Origin: Chiloscyllium plagiosum
Lineage: Eukaryota
DNA: 64,000 bases
Direction: 5' to 3'
Assembly: GCF_004010195.1 (NCBI RefSeq)
Contig: NC_057758.1
Span: 657,396 to 721,395, forward strand
Shown: positions 11,205-24,839 of the stretch, one piece after another
Position numbering within the stretch: the first letter of the stretch is position 1
Layout: each line of letters opens with the position of its first letter
The notes under the pieces: generated by a model
The model's input: only the letters and a program-made list of their open reading frames with translations
Database searches by the model: none
Told to the model about the DNA's origin: nothing
Made by a program: the position numbers and the translations under genes

Positions 11205-11885
11205 AATTTAGAAACTACACCCTAATATCTATCACCCCTCAATTTAAAGCTATGCCCCTTTGTGTTAGCCTTCACCATCCGATGAAAAAGGCTCTCCCGT
11301 CCATCCTATCTAACCCTTTGATTATCTTATATGTCTCGATTTAGTCAGCTCTCAACCTTCTTCTCTCCAACGAAAACAGCCTCTGTGCTCTCAGCCTTTT
11401 CTCATAAGACATAGGCAATATCCTAGTAAATCTCCTCTGAGCTCTTTCAAACTTCCACATTCCTCCTATAATGCAGGCAGCACTCCAGGCAGCACTGCAG
11501 GCAGAACTGCAGGCAGCACTCCAAGTATGGCCTCACCAGTGTCTTGTACAACTGAAGCATGCCCTTGTGGCTCTGAAACTCAATCCCTACCAATAAACGC
11601 CAAACACACCATGTGCCTTCTTAACAACCCCTGTCAGCCTGGGTGGCAACTTTCAGGGATATATGCACCAGGACACCGAGATCTCTCTGTCCATCTACAC
11701 TGCCAAGAATTTTACCATGAGCCCAGTACTCTGAATTCTTGTCACTTATTCCGAAGTGAGCTACCTCATACATTAAACACCATTTGCCACTTCTCAGCCC
11801 ACCTCTGCATCTTATCTATGTCCCTTCGGAACACATGACATCCTTCAGCACTATCCACAACTCTGCCTACCTTAGTGTCATCTGT
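11205..11885 (-). mobile_element. CR1 ORF2 RT C-terminal fragment
   Basis: Matches other CR1 copies (DDTK, ERDLGV, RRLR..LIE). A 12-bp tandem expansion lies at 11472-11523. Confidence 0.85.
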
Positions 11886-11994
11886 GGACAGAAATCAGTG
11901 ATATCGTGTTGAGTCCAGTGACCTGTCCTCAGAACGCTTCAGATCTGCTGAGCTTTTCCAGCAATTTCTGTTTTTGTCACAAGGGGCTGCATCT

Positions 11995-12332
11995 TGGCGC
12001 AGTGGTTTACACGGCTGCCTCACAGCGCCAAGGGCCCAGTTTAAATTCCAGCCTCTGGTGTCTGTCTGGATGGAGTTCGCACTTTGTCACTGTGCGTGTG
12101 TGGCTTTCCTCGGGACGCTCCAGTTTCTTCCCACAGTCCAAAGATGTGTAAGCTAGTTGAATTGGCCATGGTAAATTGCCCATTCAGTTCAGGGATATAT
12201 CGGTTATGTGCATTCATTACAATTAAATGCAGAATAATCAGGTGGAGAATTGGTCTGGGTGGGTTACTCTTCCGAGGGTCGGTATGGGCTTGTCGGGCCA
12301 AATGGCCTGTTACCACACTGGAGGAATTCTGG
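11995..12332 (+). mobile_element. HE1/V-SINE (older copy)
   Basis: tRNA-like head ggcgcagtggttt...gctgcctcacagcgcc, V-domain tttcttcccacagtccaaagatgtg...aattggccatggtaaattgccc, and a CR1-like tail ggccaaatggcctgtt. Confidence 0.85.
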
Positions 12333-14281
12333 GGATCTCTGATTTTCAGACCCAGGTTGGCAGGAAGCACTAACCTGATTTCTGTACTCAATGAAACAAA
12401 ATCACTGTTTATTATGGCTTGCTTAAATTGTACCAATTGGAAAACAATTAAACAGAATTTCTTGCCTCCCTTCCCACACTATTGACTCCCCTCGCCATGC
12501 CCTCACCGCCCCTCTCCACACACCTCAACTCCACCTCCCCCATTCCTACTACCCGCCCTCTGCCCCATATCTCCATCCTCNNNNNNNNNNNNNNNNNNNN
12601 NNNNNNNNNNNNNNNNNNNNNNNNNNNNNNNNNNNNNNNNNNNNNNNNNNNNNNNNNNNNNNNNNNNNNNNNNNNNNNNNNNNNNNNNNNNNNNNNNNNN
12701 NNNNNNNNNNNNNNNNNNNNNNNNNNNNNNNNNNNNNNNNNNNNNNNNNNNNNNNNNNNNNNNNNNNNNNNNNNNNNNNNNNNNNNNNNNNNNNNNNNNN
12801 NNNNNNNNNNNNNNNNNNNNNNNNNNNNNNNNNNNNNNNNNNNNNNNNNNNNNNNNNNNNNNNNNNNNNNNNNNNNNNNNNNNNNNNNNNNNNNNNNNNN
12901 NNNNNNNNNNNNNNNNNNNNNNNNNNNNNNNNNNNNNNNNNNNNNNNNNNNNNNNNNNNNNNNNNNNNNNNNNNNNNNNNNNNNNNNNNNNNNNNNNNNN
13001 NNNNNNNNNNNNNNNNNNNNNNNNNNNNNNNNNNNNNNNNNNNNNNNNNNNNNNNNNNNNNNNNNNNNNNNNNNNNNNNNNNNNNNNNNNNNNNNNNNNN
13101 NNNNNNNNNNNNTCACCCACTCCCCACTCCCTCTTCTTTCCCCCAACCCCCTCACCCACCTGCCTCTCCTAATTTGGTTATGTTTACTTTTGCAATGGAA
13201 AGGGATATATATATTCTACAGAGGAAGAGTTATTGCTGTGGCAAAGACCATTATGATTCGAATAGGCAACATTTAAGTTGCAAAGGATGGGGAAGGAAGC
13301 TGCACGGAGTCGGCACGATTGAAATTTGGAGCTTAATTAAGGGACAGCTATTGTGTTTTCTGTGAGGATGAGTCGTGAAGGCTCAGTTAGGGAGGCTTGA
13401 GAGTTACAAGTTAGCCAGTAAAGACCTAAATAGAGAACAAAGAACGTTACGGCACAAGGATAGGCCCTTATGTCCTTCAGGCCTGAGCCAATCCGGATCC
13501 TCTATCTAAACCTGCTGCTTCTTTTCAAAGGATTTGTATCCCTTTGCCCTCTACCCATTCATGTATTTGTCCAGGTACATCTTAAATGACATGATTGTTC
13601 CCGCCCCTACCACCTCCGCGCTTAAAGCATTTCAGGAACCCACTACCCTCTGCACGACCTTACATATCTCCCCTAAACGTTTTCCCTCTCACTTTGAACT
13701 CATGACCCCTAGTAATTCACTCAGGGGGTAAAGTTTTTTGTTGTTCACCCTGTCGGCACCTCTCATGAATTTTGTCAGCCTCAATGAAGTCCCCCCTCAA
13801 CCTCTACCTTTCTAATGAAAATGTTCCTAATCTTATCAATCTTCATCGTAGCTAGCACCCTCCATGCAAGGCAACATCCTGGTGAACCTCGTCTGCACCC
13901 TGACCAAAGCATCCACATCCTTTTCGTACTGTGGTGACCAGAACTGTACGCAGTATTCCAAATGTGGCCGAACCGAAGTCTTATACAACTGTAACATGAC
14001 CTGCCAACACTTGTACTCAGTACCCTGTCTGATGAAGGAAAGCAGGCATTTGTCTTGACATCTCTCCTGACCTGCATTGCCATCTTCAGGGAACAATGGA
14101 CCTGAAAACCCAAATCTCTCTGCAAATCAATAATCCCTAGTACCTTTCCATTTACTCTTAAATTGGATCTTCCAAATTGCATCACCTCGCATTTGTCTGG
14201 ATTGAATTCCACCTGCCACTTTTCTGCCCATGCCTCAATCTGTATATAAACGCTGCTGCATTCTCTGACAGTTCCTTTCAA

Positions 14282-15845
14282 TAGAACATAGAACATAGAA
14301 AAATACAGCACAGAACAGGCCCTTCGGCCCTCGATGTTGTGCTGAACATTTGTCTTAGCTTAAGCACCCATCCATGTACCTATCCAATTCCCACTTAAAG
14401 TTCGCCAATGATTCTGACTCTGCCACTCCCACAGGCAGCGAATTCCATGCCCCCACCACTATCTGGGTAAAGAACCTACCCCTGACATCTCCCCTATACC
14501 TTCCACCCTTCACCTTAAATTTATGTCCCCTTGTAACACTCTGTTAAAATCCGGGGAAAAAGTTTCTGATTGTCTACTCTATCTATTCCCCTGATCATCT
14601 TATACACCTCTATCAAGTCACCCCTCATGCTTCGCCGTTCCAATGAGAAAAGGCCTAGCACGCTCAACCAACCCATACGACCTATTCTCCATTCCAGGCA
14701 ACATTCTGGTAAATCTTCTCTGCACCCTCTCCAAAGCTTCCACATCTTTCCTAAAGTGAGGCGACCAGAACTGCACACAGTACTCCAAATGTGGCCTAAC
14801 CAAAGTCCTGTACAGCTGTAACATCACTTAACGACTCTTGAATTCAATCCCTCTGCTAATGAACGCTAATACACCATAGGCCTTCTTACAAGCTTTATCC
14901 ACCTGAGTGGCAACTTTCAAAGATCTATGAATATAGACCCCAAGATCCCTCTGCTCCTCCACCTTACTAAGAACCTACCGTTAACCGTGTAGTCTGCATT
15001 CTTATTTGTCCTTCGAAATGGACAACCTCACACTTGGCAGGGTTGAACTCCATCTGCCACTTCTTAGCCCAGCTCTGCATCATATCTAAGACCCTTTGCA
15101 GTCTCCTCACTATCCACAATTCCACCAATCTTCGTATCATCTGCAAATTTACTGACCCTCTTCGACTCCCTCTTCCAAGTCATTAATAAAAATTACAAAC
15201 AGCAGAGGACCCAGAACTGATCCCTGCGGAACTCGACTTGTAACTGGGCTCAAGGCTGAATATTTACCATCTCCCACCACTCTCTGACTTCGACCGGTTA
15301 GCCAGTTTTCTATCCAATTGGCCAAATTTCCCACTATCCCATGCCTCCTGACTTTCCTACCATGGGGAACCTTATCAAATGCCTTACTAAAATCCATGTA
15401 TACTACATCCACTGCTCTACCCTCATCCACATGCTTGGTCACCTCCTCCAATAATTCAATAAGACTTGTAAGGCAAGACATACCCTTCACAAATCCGTGC
15501 TGGCTGTCCCTAATCAAGCAGTATCTTTCCAGATACTCATAAATCCAATCCCTCAGTACCCTTTCCATTACTTTGCCTACCACCGAAGTAAGACTAACTG
15601 GCCTGTAATTCCCGGGGTTATCTCTATTCCCTTTTTTGAACAGGGGCACAACATTCCAGTTCACTGGTACCACCCTGTTGACAGTGAAGACGAAAAGATC
15701 ATTGCCAATGGCTCTGCAATTTCCTCTCTTGCTTCCCACATAATCCTAGGATATATCCCGTCAGGCCCGGGGGACTTGTCTATCCTCAAGTTATTCAAAA
15801 TGTCCAACACATCTTCCTTCCTAACAAGTATCTCCTCTAGCTTAC
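14282..15845 (-). mobile_element. Younger 5'-truncated CR1 (RT domain to tail)
   Basis: ORFs 15149-15739 ([13 protein letters not shown]...[17 protein letters not shown]...[10 protein letters not shown]) and 14618-14827. (atagaac)n tail at 14281-14298. Confidence 0.93.
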
Positions 15846-16224
15846 CAGTCCATTTAGCTGCCACTCTGTTCAATCAAAGTGCCATCTGCAAACCTGGTAT
15901 TCTGATCGCCTATACCTTCCTCCAAATCATTTATGTTTAACACAAATAACAGCGGTCCCATCACGGATCCCTATGGAACACCAGTGTTCACAGGTCTCCA
16001 TTTTGAGAAGCACCCTTCCACCACAACTCTGTCTCCTGTTGCCCTACCAGTTCTCCATCCATCTAGCTAAAACACCCTGGATCCCATGCGACGTCCCATT
16101 TGTTATCAGCCTACCATGGGGAACTTTATCAAACACCTTACTAAAGTCCATGTATATGAAATCGACATCCCTTCCCTCATCAATCAACTTTGTCACCTCT
16201 TCAAAGAATTCTATGACATCAGCT

Positions 16225-18060
16225 GCTCACAGGCGAGGTTCCAGAGAACTGGAGATTAGCCAAGAAGGAAGGAAGCAGGGATAATCCAGGAAATTATAGG
16301 CCGGTGAGCCTGATGTCTGTGGAGGGGAAGCTCTTGAAGAAGGGTTTAGTGATAAGATATATGCACGTTTGGAAGAAAATGGACTAGTTAGTGACAGGCA
16401 ATATGGGTTTGTAAGGGGAAGTTCACGTCTCACCAACCTGATTGTCTCCTCTTCCAAAGAAATGCAATGATAATTGATGAGGGATAGGCTGTGGATGTAA
16501 TTTATGCAGACTTTCGTATGGCATTTGATAAAGTCCCACATGGCAGATTGGTACAAAAGCTAAAGTAATCATATGGGGTTCATGGTGGCTTGGCTAGATG
16601 GACACAGAACTGGCTTGACCATAGAAGAGGGAGGTTAGTATTGGGAGGGTGTTTTTCAGAACGGAGACTGGTAACTAGTGGTGTTCAGCGAGGATTGGTA
16701 TTAGGTCCTGTGTTGTTTGTAGTATATATAAATGAGCTGAAGGAAGATGTAGGTGGTCTGATTAGTACGTTTGCAGATGACACAAAAATTGGTGGAGTTG
16801 CTGATAGTGCCAACGATTGTGAAAGGATATAACAGGATATAGATAGGTGACTTGGACAGAAATGGCATATGGAGTTTAATGCAAGGTGATGCATTTTGGA
16901 TGATCAAATTTAAGCGTGAATCGTAATGTAAGTGAATGTTTTCTATCTAGACTTTCAAAAGGCCTTTGATCAGGTGCCTCACGGGGGCTGCCGAGTAAGG
17001 CGAGGGCCCATGGTGTTCGAGGTGAGCTACTGGCATGGATTGAGGATTCACTTTCTGATAGATAAAATGTTCTGTTTCGGAATGGCAGCTGGTGACAAAG
17101 TGGGGTCCAGTGTTGGGGCCGCAGCTGATCACTTTATATATTAAAGATCTGGATGAAGGGATTGGCGAAGTTCGCCGGTGAAACAAAGTTAGGCAGACAG
17201 GCAGGTCGTATTGAGAAGGTGGGGAGGCTGCAGAAAGGTTAAGACAGTTTCGGGGAGTGGTCCATGAAATGGCTGATAAAATTCAACGTGAGCAAATGCG
17301 AGGTCTTGCACTTTGGAAAAAAGAATGCAAAATGGACTATTTTGTTAAACGGTGAAAAAATTCATAAAGCGAAAGTACAAAGGGATCTGGGAGTGCTAGT
17401 CCAGGATTCCCGAAAGGTTGATTTACAGGTTGAGTCCGTGATTAAAAAGCAATTGTCATGTTGTCATTTATCTCAAGAACTTTGGAATATAAAAGCAGTG
17501 ACGTGCTTCTGAGATTTTATAAAGCGACAGTAAAGCCCTATTTAGAATACTGAGTCCCAGTTTGGGCTCTACACCTCAGGAAGGACATGCTGGCACTGGA
17601 GCGTGTCCAGCGGAAAATCACACGGATGATCCATGGAATGGTTGGTCTAATTTATGATGATCGTCTGAGGATCCTGGGATTATATTCATTAGAATTTAGA
17701 AGGTTGAGGGAAGCTCAAATAGAAACTTACAAGGTAATGCATGTAAGGCTAGATGATGGGACGTTGTTTCCGTTAGGTGGGGAGATTAGGATTAGTGGGC
17801 ACAACCTTAAAATTAGAGGGGATCAATTTAGAACGGAAATGAGGAGACATTTCTTCAGCCAGAGAGTGATGGGTCTGTGGAATTCATGGCCACGGATCGC
17901 AGTGGAGGCCGGGATGTTAGGTGTCTTCAAGGCAGAGATAGATAAATTCTTAATCTTGCAAGGAATTAAGGACAACGGGCAGAGTGCGGGTAAGTGGAAT
18001 TGAAACGCCTCTCAGCCGTGAATCGCCTTGCTTCCACTCCTATGTCCTATGGTCTTATGG
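16225..18060 (+). mobile_element. Two plus-strand CR1 RT fragments (16225-16930 and 16935-18060)
   Basis: NYRPVSL, FADDTKIGG, YLDFQKAFD and RRHFFSQRV.GLWNS motifs. Tail cctatgtcctatggtcttatgg at ~18040-18060. Confidence 0.88.
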
Positions 18061-18969
18061 TCAATTAGGTTTGTAAGATATGACCTTCCCTGCACGAAAC
18101 CTTGCTGCCTATTACTGGTAAGCCCATTTTCTTCCAAATTGGTAGATATGTTATCCCTTAGTATCTTCTCCGGGACTTCCCTACCACTGACATCCGGCTC
18201 ACAGGTCTGTAATTACCTGGATTATCCTTGCTACCCTTCTTATATAAGGGGACAACATTAACAATTCTCCAGTACTGTGGGACTTCCCCTGTGTTCAAGA
18301 ATGCTGCAAAGATATCTGTTTAAGCCCCAGCTACTTCCCTCTCACTTCTCTCAGTAATCTGGGATAGATCCCAGTTGGACTTGGGGGCTTGTCCACCTTA
18401 ATGCATTTTAGAATACCCAACACTTGCTCTCTCCTTGTGTCGAGTTGACCTAGATCTCAAAAATCTATCCCTAACCTCATCACCCGCCATATCCCTCTCT
18501 TCGGTGAATACCGAAACAAAGTACTCATTAAAAATCTTGCCCATTTCTTCTGACTCCACCCATATCTTTTCCTTTGTCCTTGAGTAGGCCGACCCTTTAA
18601 CGAGTTACCCTTTTGCTCCGTATTTATGAAGAAAACGCTTTGAGGTTTTCCTTAACCCTGGTTGCAAATAATATCTCATGACCCCTTTTATCTCTCTTAA
18701 TTCCTTGTTTCAGATTGGCATGACATTTTTGCTATTCTTCCAAAGCTTCGTCTGTCTTCAGTCGCCTGGACCTTATGTATGCAACCTTTTTCCTCTTACG
18801 TAGTCTCACAATTTCACATGGTTCCCTAATCTTGTCATTTCTATCCCTCATTTTCACAGGAACGTATCTCCCCTGCACTCTAATCAATCTCTCTTTAATA
18901 GCCTCCCACATATCGGATGTGGGTTTACCTTCAAACAGCTGCTCCCAAACTATATATCCCAACTTCTAG

Positions 18970-20635
18970 CTCTAGAGCTAACGAGAGCCAGGAGAGGACA
19001 TGAGAAGCCATTGGCAGATAGGATCAAGGAAAACCCAAATGCTTTCCGTAGATATATCAGGAATAAAGGAATGACGAAAGAAAAGTTAGGGCCAATCAAG
19101 AATAGTAATGGGAAGTTGTGCTAGGAGCCGGAGGTAGGGGAAACGCTAAGTGAACATTTTATCGTCAGTATTCACACTGGAAAAAACAAGGATAGTACTG
19201 AGATACAGGCTACTGTACAAGATGTGATTGACGTTCGCAAGGAGGCGGTGTTAGCAATTCTGGAAAGTGTGAAAATAGCTAGGTCCCCTGGGCTGGATGG
19301 GATTTATCCTCGGATTCTCTGTGAAGCCAGGGAGGAGATTGCAGAGCCTTTGGCTTTGATCTTTATGTGATCATTGCTTGAAGGATTAGTGCCAGAAACC
19401 TGGAGGATAACAAATTTTGTTCCTCTCTTCAAGAAGGGGAGTAAAGACAACCCTGGCAATTATCGACCAATGAGCCTTTCTTCGGTTGTGGGGAAAGTGT
19501 TGGAAAAGGTCAACAGAGATAGTGTTTATCATCATCGACAGAGGAATAAGTTTATTAGGGATAGTCAACGCGGTTTTGTGAAGGGTAGGTGGTGTCTCAG
19601 AAACCTTATAGAGTTTTTTCAGAGGGTGACCAAGCAGGTGGATGAGGATAAATCGGTTGATGCGGTGTACATGGATTTGGCACAGTGGTTAGCACTGCTG
19701 CCTCGCAGCGCCAGAGACCCGGGTTCAATTCCCGACTCAGGCGACTGACTGTGTGGAGTTTGCACGTTCTCCCCGTGTCTGCGTGGGTTTCCTCCGGGGG
19801 TTCCGGTTTCCTCCCACAGTCCAAAGATGTGCAAGTCAGGTGAATTGGCCATGCTAAATTGCCCGTAGTGTTAGGTAAAGGGGTAAATGTAGGGGTATGG
19901 GTGGGTTACGCTTCGGCGGGTCGGTGTGGACTTGTTGGACCGAAGGGCCGTTTCCACACTGTAAGTAATCTAATCAGTAAGGCGTTTGATAAAATACCCA
20001 TGGCAGGCTATTGCACAAAACACAGAGGCATGGGATTGAGAGTGATTTAGCGGTTTGAATTGGACGTTGGCTAGCAGAAAGAATGAAGAGGGTAGTGGTT
20101 GATGCGAAATATTTACCCTGAAGTTCAGATACTAATGGTGTACCGCAAAAATCTGTTTTGGGGGCAATGCTGTTTATCATTTTTGCAACGATCTAAATGT
20201 GCACATGTCACTAAGGTCGGTAGAGTTGTGGATAGTGTTGAAGGATGTTGGAGGTTACAGAGGGAAATAGATAAACTGCAGAACTGGACTGAGAGGTGAC
20301 AAATAGAATTTGCTTGGACATTGCCTCGTATGGAGGGACGGTCTTACAAGGAGAAGCTGAGGGACTTGAGACTGTTTTTGTTAGAGAAAAGGAAGTTGAG
20401 AGGTGACTTAATTGATGCATGTAAGATAATTAGAAGGTTAGGTCGATGGACAGTGAGAGCCTTTTTCCTCAGATGGAAATGACGAGCACGAGGGCTTTGA
20501 ATTGAAGCGCGGTAGATATATGACAGATGTCAGACTAGTTTGTTTAATCAGAGTAGTAGGGGCATTGAATGCACTGACTGCAACAATAGTAGACTCGCCA
20601 ACTCGAAGGACATTTAAATGGTCATTAGATACGGA
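18970..20635 (+). mobile_element. CR1 ORF2 fragment carrying a SINE insertion
   Basis: ORF 19374 reads [23 protein letters not shown]...VYMD|, then resumes as SKAFDK after 19975. Confidence 0.9.
19679..19975 (+). mobile_element. HE1-family V-SINE, young near-complete copy
   Basis: Pol III A-box ggcacagtggttagc, B-box gggttcaattccc, V-domain ggtttcctcccacagtccaaagatgtgc, and CR1-derived tail ending aagtaatctaatc. Confidence 0.93.
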
Positions 20636-20639
20636 TATC

Positions 20640-20940
20640 CCCCGTCCGCCCTCTCCTCACCTCGGTAAACCCCGCCCTGCATTCCCCTTCTCTGTTAATC
20701 CTCCGTCTCTATTACTCCCCCACATTCTCATCGCCCCCCTCTGTTCCTGGCCCATTCCATTGTCCTCCCGCCTGTTCTGTCGTCCTCCTCCCATCCACCT
20801 CTTGCCCTTTCCCCCACTCACGTCCCCTCCCCGCATCATGCCTCCCCATTTCTTGTCCGACCCTCATCTTCACCCTTTTCTGTTACTCTTCCCCTGGTCC
20901 CCTCTTTCGTCCTCCCCGCCCCAGAGCCTCTCTTCCGCCC
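20640..20940. repeat. C/T-rich low-complexity tract
   Basis: Polypyrimidine composition with no fixed unit. Confidence 0.8.
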
Positions 20941-20944
20941 CCAG

Positions 20945-23900
20945 CGCCGGGGAACCAGCAGGCAGTGCCCAGAACCCTGTGGCCGTTCCCCTCAAGAACA
21001 AGTATACCTTTTTGGGTACTGTTGGTGGCGGGTGGGGGTAATCTTAGCAGGGGTAAGCCATTGGGTGCAGGTCTCTGGCACGGAGTCTGTCCCTGTTGCT
21101 CAGAAGGGAAGGGGGAGATGAACAGGGCAGTAGTCATTGGGAACTCCATAGTTAGGGAGACAGGATGTACTGAGGCAACACGAGAGTCATAGCGATGTAC
21201 AGCATGGAAACAAACCCTTCAGTCCAACCCGTCCATGCCGACCAGATATCCCAACCCAATCTATTCCCTCCTGCCAGCACCCGGCCCATATCACTCCAAA
21301 CTCTTCCGATTCATATACCCATCCAAATGTCTCTTAAATGTTGCAATTGTAACAGACTCCTCCACATACTCTGGCACTCACTCCATACAGGTACCACCCT
21401 CTGCGTGAAAAGGTTGCCCCTTTTGTATCTTTCCCATCTCACCCTAAACCTATGCCTTCTAGTTCTGGACTCCCCGACCTCAGGGAAAAGACGTTGTCTA
21501 TTTATCCTATCCATGCCCCACCACCGAGGTCAGGTTCACCGGTCTATAGTTCCCTAGCTTGTCTTTACCGCCCTTCTTAAACAGTGGCACTATGTTTGCC
21601 AACCTCCAGTCTTCCAGCACCTCACCTGTGACTATCAATGATCCAAATATTTCAGCAAGAGGCCCAGCAATCACTCCTCTAGCTTCCCGCAGAGTTTTCG
21701 GGTACACCTGATCAGGTTCTGGGCATTTATCCACTTTTAACCGTTTCAAGACATCCAGCACTTCCTCCTCTGTAATCTGGACATTTTGCAAGATGTCACC
21801 ATCTATTTCCCTACAGTCTGTATCTTACATATCCTTTTCCACAGCAAATACTGATACAAAATAGTCATTTAGTATCTTCCCCATTTTCTGTGGCTCCACA
21901 CAAAGGCCGCCTTGCTGATCTTTGAGGGGCCCTATTCTCTCTCTAGTTACCCTTTTGTCCTTAATATATTTGTAAAAACCCTTGAGATTCTCCTTAATTC
22001 TACTTGCCAAAGCTATCTCATGTCTCCTTTTTTGCCCCCCTGATTTCCCTCTTAAGCATATTCCTACTTCCTTTATATTCTTTTAAGGACTCACTCGATC
22101 TATCCTGTCTATACCTGACATATGCTTCCTCCTTTTTCTTAACCAAACCCTCAATTTCTTTCGTCATCCAGCATTCCATAAACCTACCAGCCTTCCCTTT
22201 CACCCTGACAGGAATATACTTTCTCTGGATTCTTGTTATCTAATTTCTGAAGGCTTTCCATTTTCCACCTGTCCCAACACCTGAAAACATCTGCCTCCCA
22301 TCAGCTTTCTAAAGTCCTTGCCTAATACAGTCAATATTAGCTTTTCACCAATTTAGAACTTCTACTTTTAGATTTGGTCTATTCTTTTCCATCACTATTT
22401 TAAAACGAATAGAATTATGGTCTCTGGCCCCAAAGTGCTCCGCAATGACACCTCAGTCACTTGCCCTGCCTTACTTCCCAAGAGTAGGTCAAGTTTTGCA
22501 TCTTCTCTAGCACCTTCTTTGCACCATCCACATACTGAATCTTGATTGATGTGTTGCCTCCTAGTTGCCAGGGTGTCTCAGATCGTGTTTTCGGGATGCT
22601 TGAGGAAGAGGGGAAATAGCCCCAAGTTGTGGTCTGCATAGGTACTAACGAAGCAGTTAGGAAAAGAAATGGGGATTTAAGGCAGAAATTCAGGGAGCTT
22701 GGGTGCACGTTTAGTGCTAGAATAACAGTTGTTATCTCTGGTTTGTTGAGAGGAGTTGAAGACATGGGTACAGGAATGGTGCAGGAGGGAGGGTTTTGGA
22801 TGCTCATTCTGGGGCTCATTCTGGTGTCGGTGGGACATCTACAAACAAGATGGTCTCCACCTGAAACAGAAAGTTTCCAATATCTTGGGGGGGGGGGGTG
22901 GATGTTTGCTAATGCTCCTCAGGAGGGTTTAAACTCATTTAGCAGGGGGATGAAAGCCTAAATTGTTGTTCCAGTGTACAAAAAGTTGAGAATACTGAGG
23001 TCAGCAATGTGGTTTCAAGGTCGCAAGAGTAGACCGGCAAGCAAAAAGGTGGTTGGAAATGTGTGCATTTCAACATCAGGAGCATCTGGAATAAGGTGGG
23101 AGTACATGCAGCGTGTGTTGATACCTGGGACTTAGATGTTGTCGCCATTTCGGAGACATGGATGGAGCAGGAATACGAATGGTTGTTGCAGGTTTTGGGT
23201 TGAGAGGATTCAGTACGAACAGAAGAATGGTAAGAGAGGAGATTTGGCGTGAGCAGAAAGGACATTTGAGAACTCGTCTACTGAGGTAGTATGGGCTGTG
23301 GTTAGAAGCAGGAAAGGAGCGGTTACCCTGTTTGAGAAGTTTCTATAGCCTCCGAATAGTTCCAGAGATATAGAGGAAAGGATAATTCTGGACAGGCGCG
23401 AGAATAACTGACTGCTTGTAATAGGGGGTTTTCAAATTTCCAAATATTGACTGGAAATACGATAGTTTGAGTACTTCAGATGGGTCCATTTGTTTCCAAT
23501 GTCTGAAGGAGGGTTATCTGACACAGTATGTAGACAGGCCAACAAGGAGTGGAGCCACATTGGATTTGGTATTGGGTAATGAACCTAGCCAGATGTTATA
23601 TTTGGAGGTAGGTGAGCACTTTGGTGATAGTGACCACAATTCAGTTATGTTTACCTGACCGTTGGAAAGTATGTTTCCAGGGCAAGAGTTATTGCTGAGG
23701 GAAAGGCAATTATGATGCGATTAGGCAAGATGCATTGGAGAGGGAAGGAAATTGCAGGGGATCGGCACAATTGAAATGTGGAGCTTAGTCAGGGAACAGC
23801 TACTGTGTGTCCTTGTTAGGTATGGAGAGAAGATCTTATGTGGATAGGCTGAGGGACTTGAGGCTGTTTTTGTCAGACAGATGGTGGCTGAGAGGTGACT

Positions 23901-24200
23901 TAATTGAGTCATATAAGATAATCAGAGGAGCAACTAGGGAAGACAGTGAGAGCTTTTTTCCTTGGATGGAGATGGCTAATAAGAGTAGACAAGGCTGCAA
24001 AAGGAGGGGTGATAGATGAAAGTCATATGTGAGAGCTCGTTTCTTTACTGTGAGTAGTAGGGGTAATTTAAATGGTCATCAGTTAATCATATGGATGAAA
24101 ATGGAATTGTCAGGGATCGATAGCTTCAGACTGATTCCACAGGTCAGCACAACATCGATGACCGAAGGTCATGTAAGGCGCTGTAATGTTCCATGTTCTA
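20945..24200 (+). mobile_element. CR1 with ORF1 esterase, EN and 3' end (20945-21185 and 22550-24200); most of RT deleted at ~23823
   Basis: VPLKNKYTFL and VVIGNSIVR (GDS block), VCIGTNE (GTND block), EN motif GEHFGDSDHNSV, then an abrupt jump to the 3' end (LRDLRLF..RGDLIE). Confidence 0.78.
21187..22530 (-). mobile_element. Minus-strand CR1 pieces (3' tail 21187-21515; linker/RT start 21518-22530)
   Basis: ORFs 21311-21514 (LFPEVGESRTRRHRF), 21507-21791 (LKVDK.P.PD...NYRPVNLTS) and 21825-22203. Confidence 0.88.
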
Positions 24201-24329
24201 TCACATGGGATTTGGGGAGAGCTTGCCAATTGGATACAAAATTGTCTTGACGTTAGGAGACTGTGATGGTGGAGGGTTGTTTTTTTGGACTGGAGTCCTG
24301 TTACCAGTGGTATTCTGCAGGGATCAATG

Positions 24330-24499
24330 ATGAGTTGGAAAATGTAGTGCTGGAAAAACAGCAGGCCAGGCAGATCCGAGGGCTTATGCGCGAAAAGTCG
24401 ATTCTCCTGCTCCTCGGATGTTGCCTGGCCTGCTGTGTTTTTCCAGCACCATATTTTTCAACTGTGGTACTCCAGCATCTGCAGTCCTCACTTTCTTCT
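24330..24499. mobile_element. Penelope-derived inverted-repeat mini-element with 11-bp TSD
   Basis: TSD agggatcaatg at 24319-24329 and 24500-24510. Inverted arms gtgctggaaaaacagcaggccaggca and tgcctggcctgctgtgtttttccagcac. Confidence 0.85.
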
Positions 24500-24839
24500 A
24501 GGGATCAATGCTGAGTCTGTTTTTATTTGTAATTTGTATAAATAATTTATGTGAGAATATTGAAGGCATAATTAGTAAATTTGCAGAGGTATAGTGGACA
24601 GTGAAGAAGGTTATTTAGGATTACAAAGAGATTTTGATCAATTGGGGCAGTGAGCTGTGGAGTGACAGACGGAGTTTCAATTTGGCTGAGCATGAAGCAT
24701 TGCATTTTGGTAAAACAAACAAGGGCAGGGTATATGCAAGTAAAAGTAGGTGTCGTGGGTCGTGATTTTGAATAGAGCTTTTCAGGGATTTAATTTTTTG
24801 AAATTTAGTTTGCGTGTAGACAGGGTGGTGAAGATGCTT

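Larger units (their letters stand above)
13430..18965 (-). mobile_element. Old CR1 ORF2 in pieces (13430-14280, 15850-16215, 18060-18965), split by younger CR1 insertions
   Basis: The three pieces are colinear along CR1 ORF2 (3' tail, LYKT.VRPHLEY, DFSK.FDKVPHG, LKVDK.P..D, linker). Confidence 0.75.

Noticed and set aside
19679..19745. tRNA gene
   Set aside because: This is the tRNA-derived head of a SINE, continuing into the V-domain and LINE-like tail. The same applies at ~11995.
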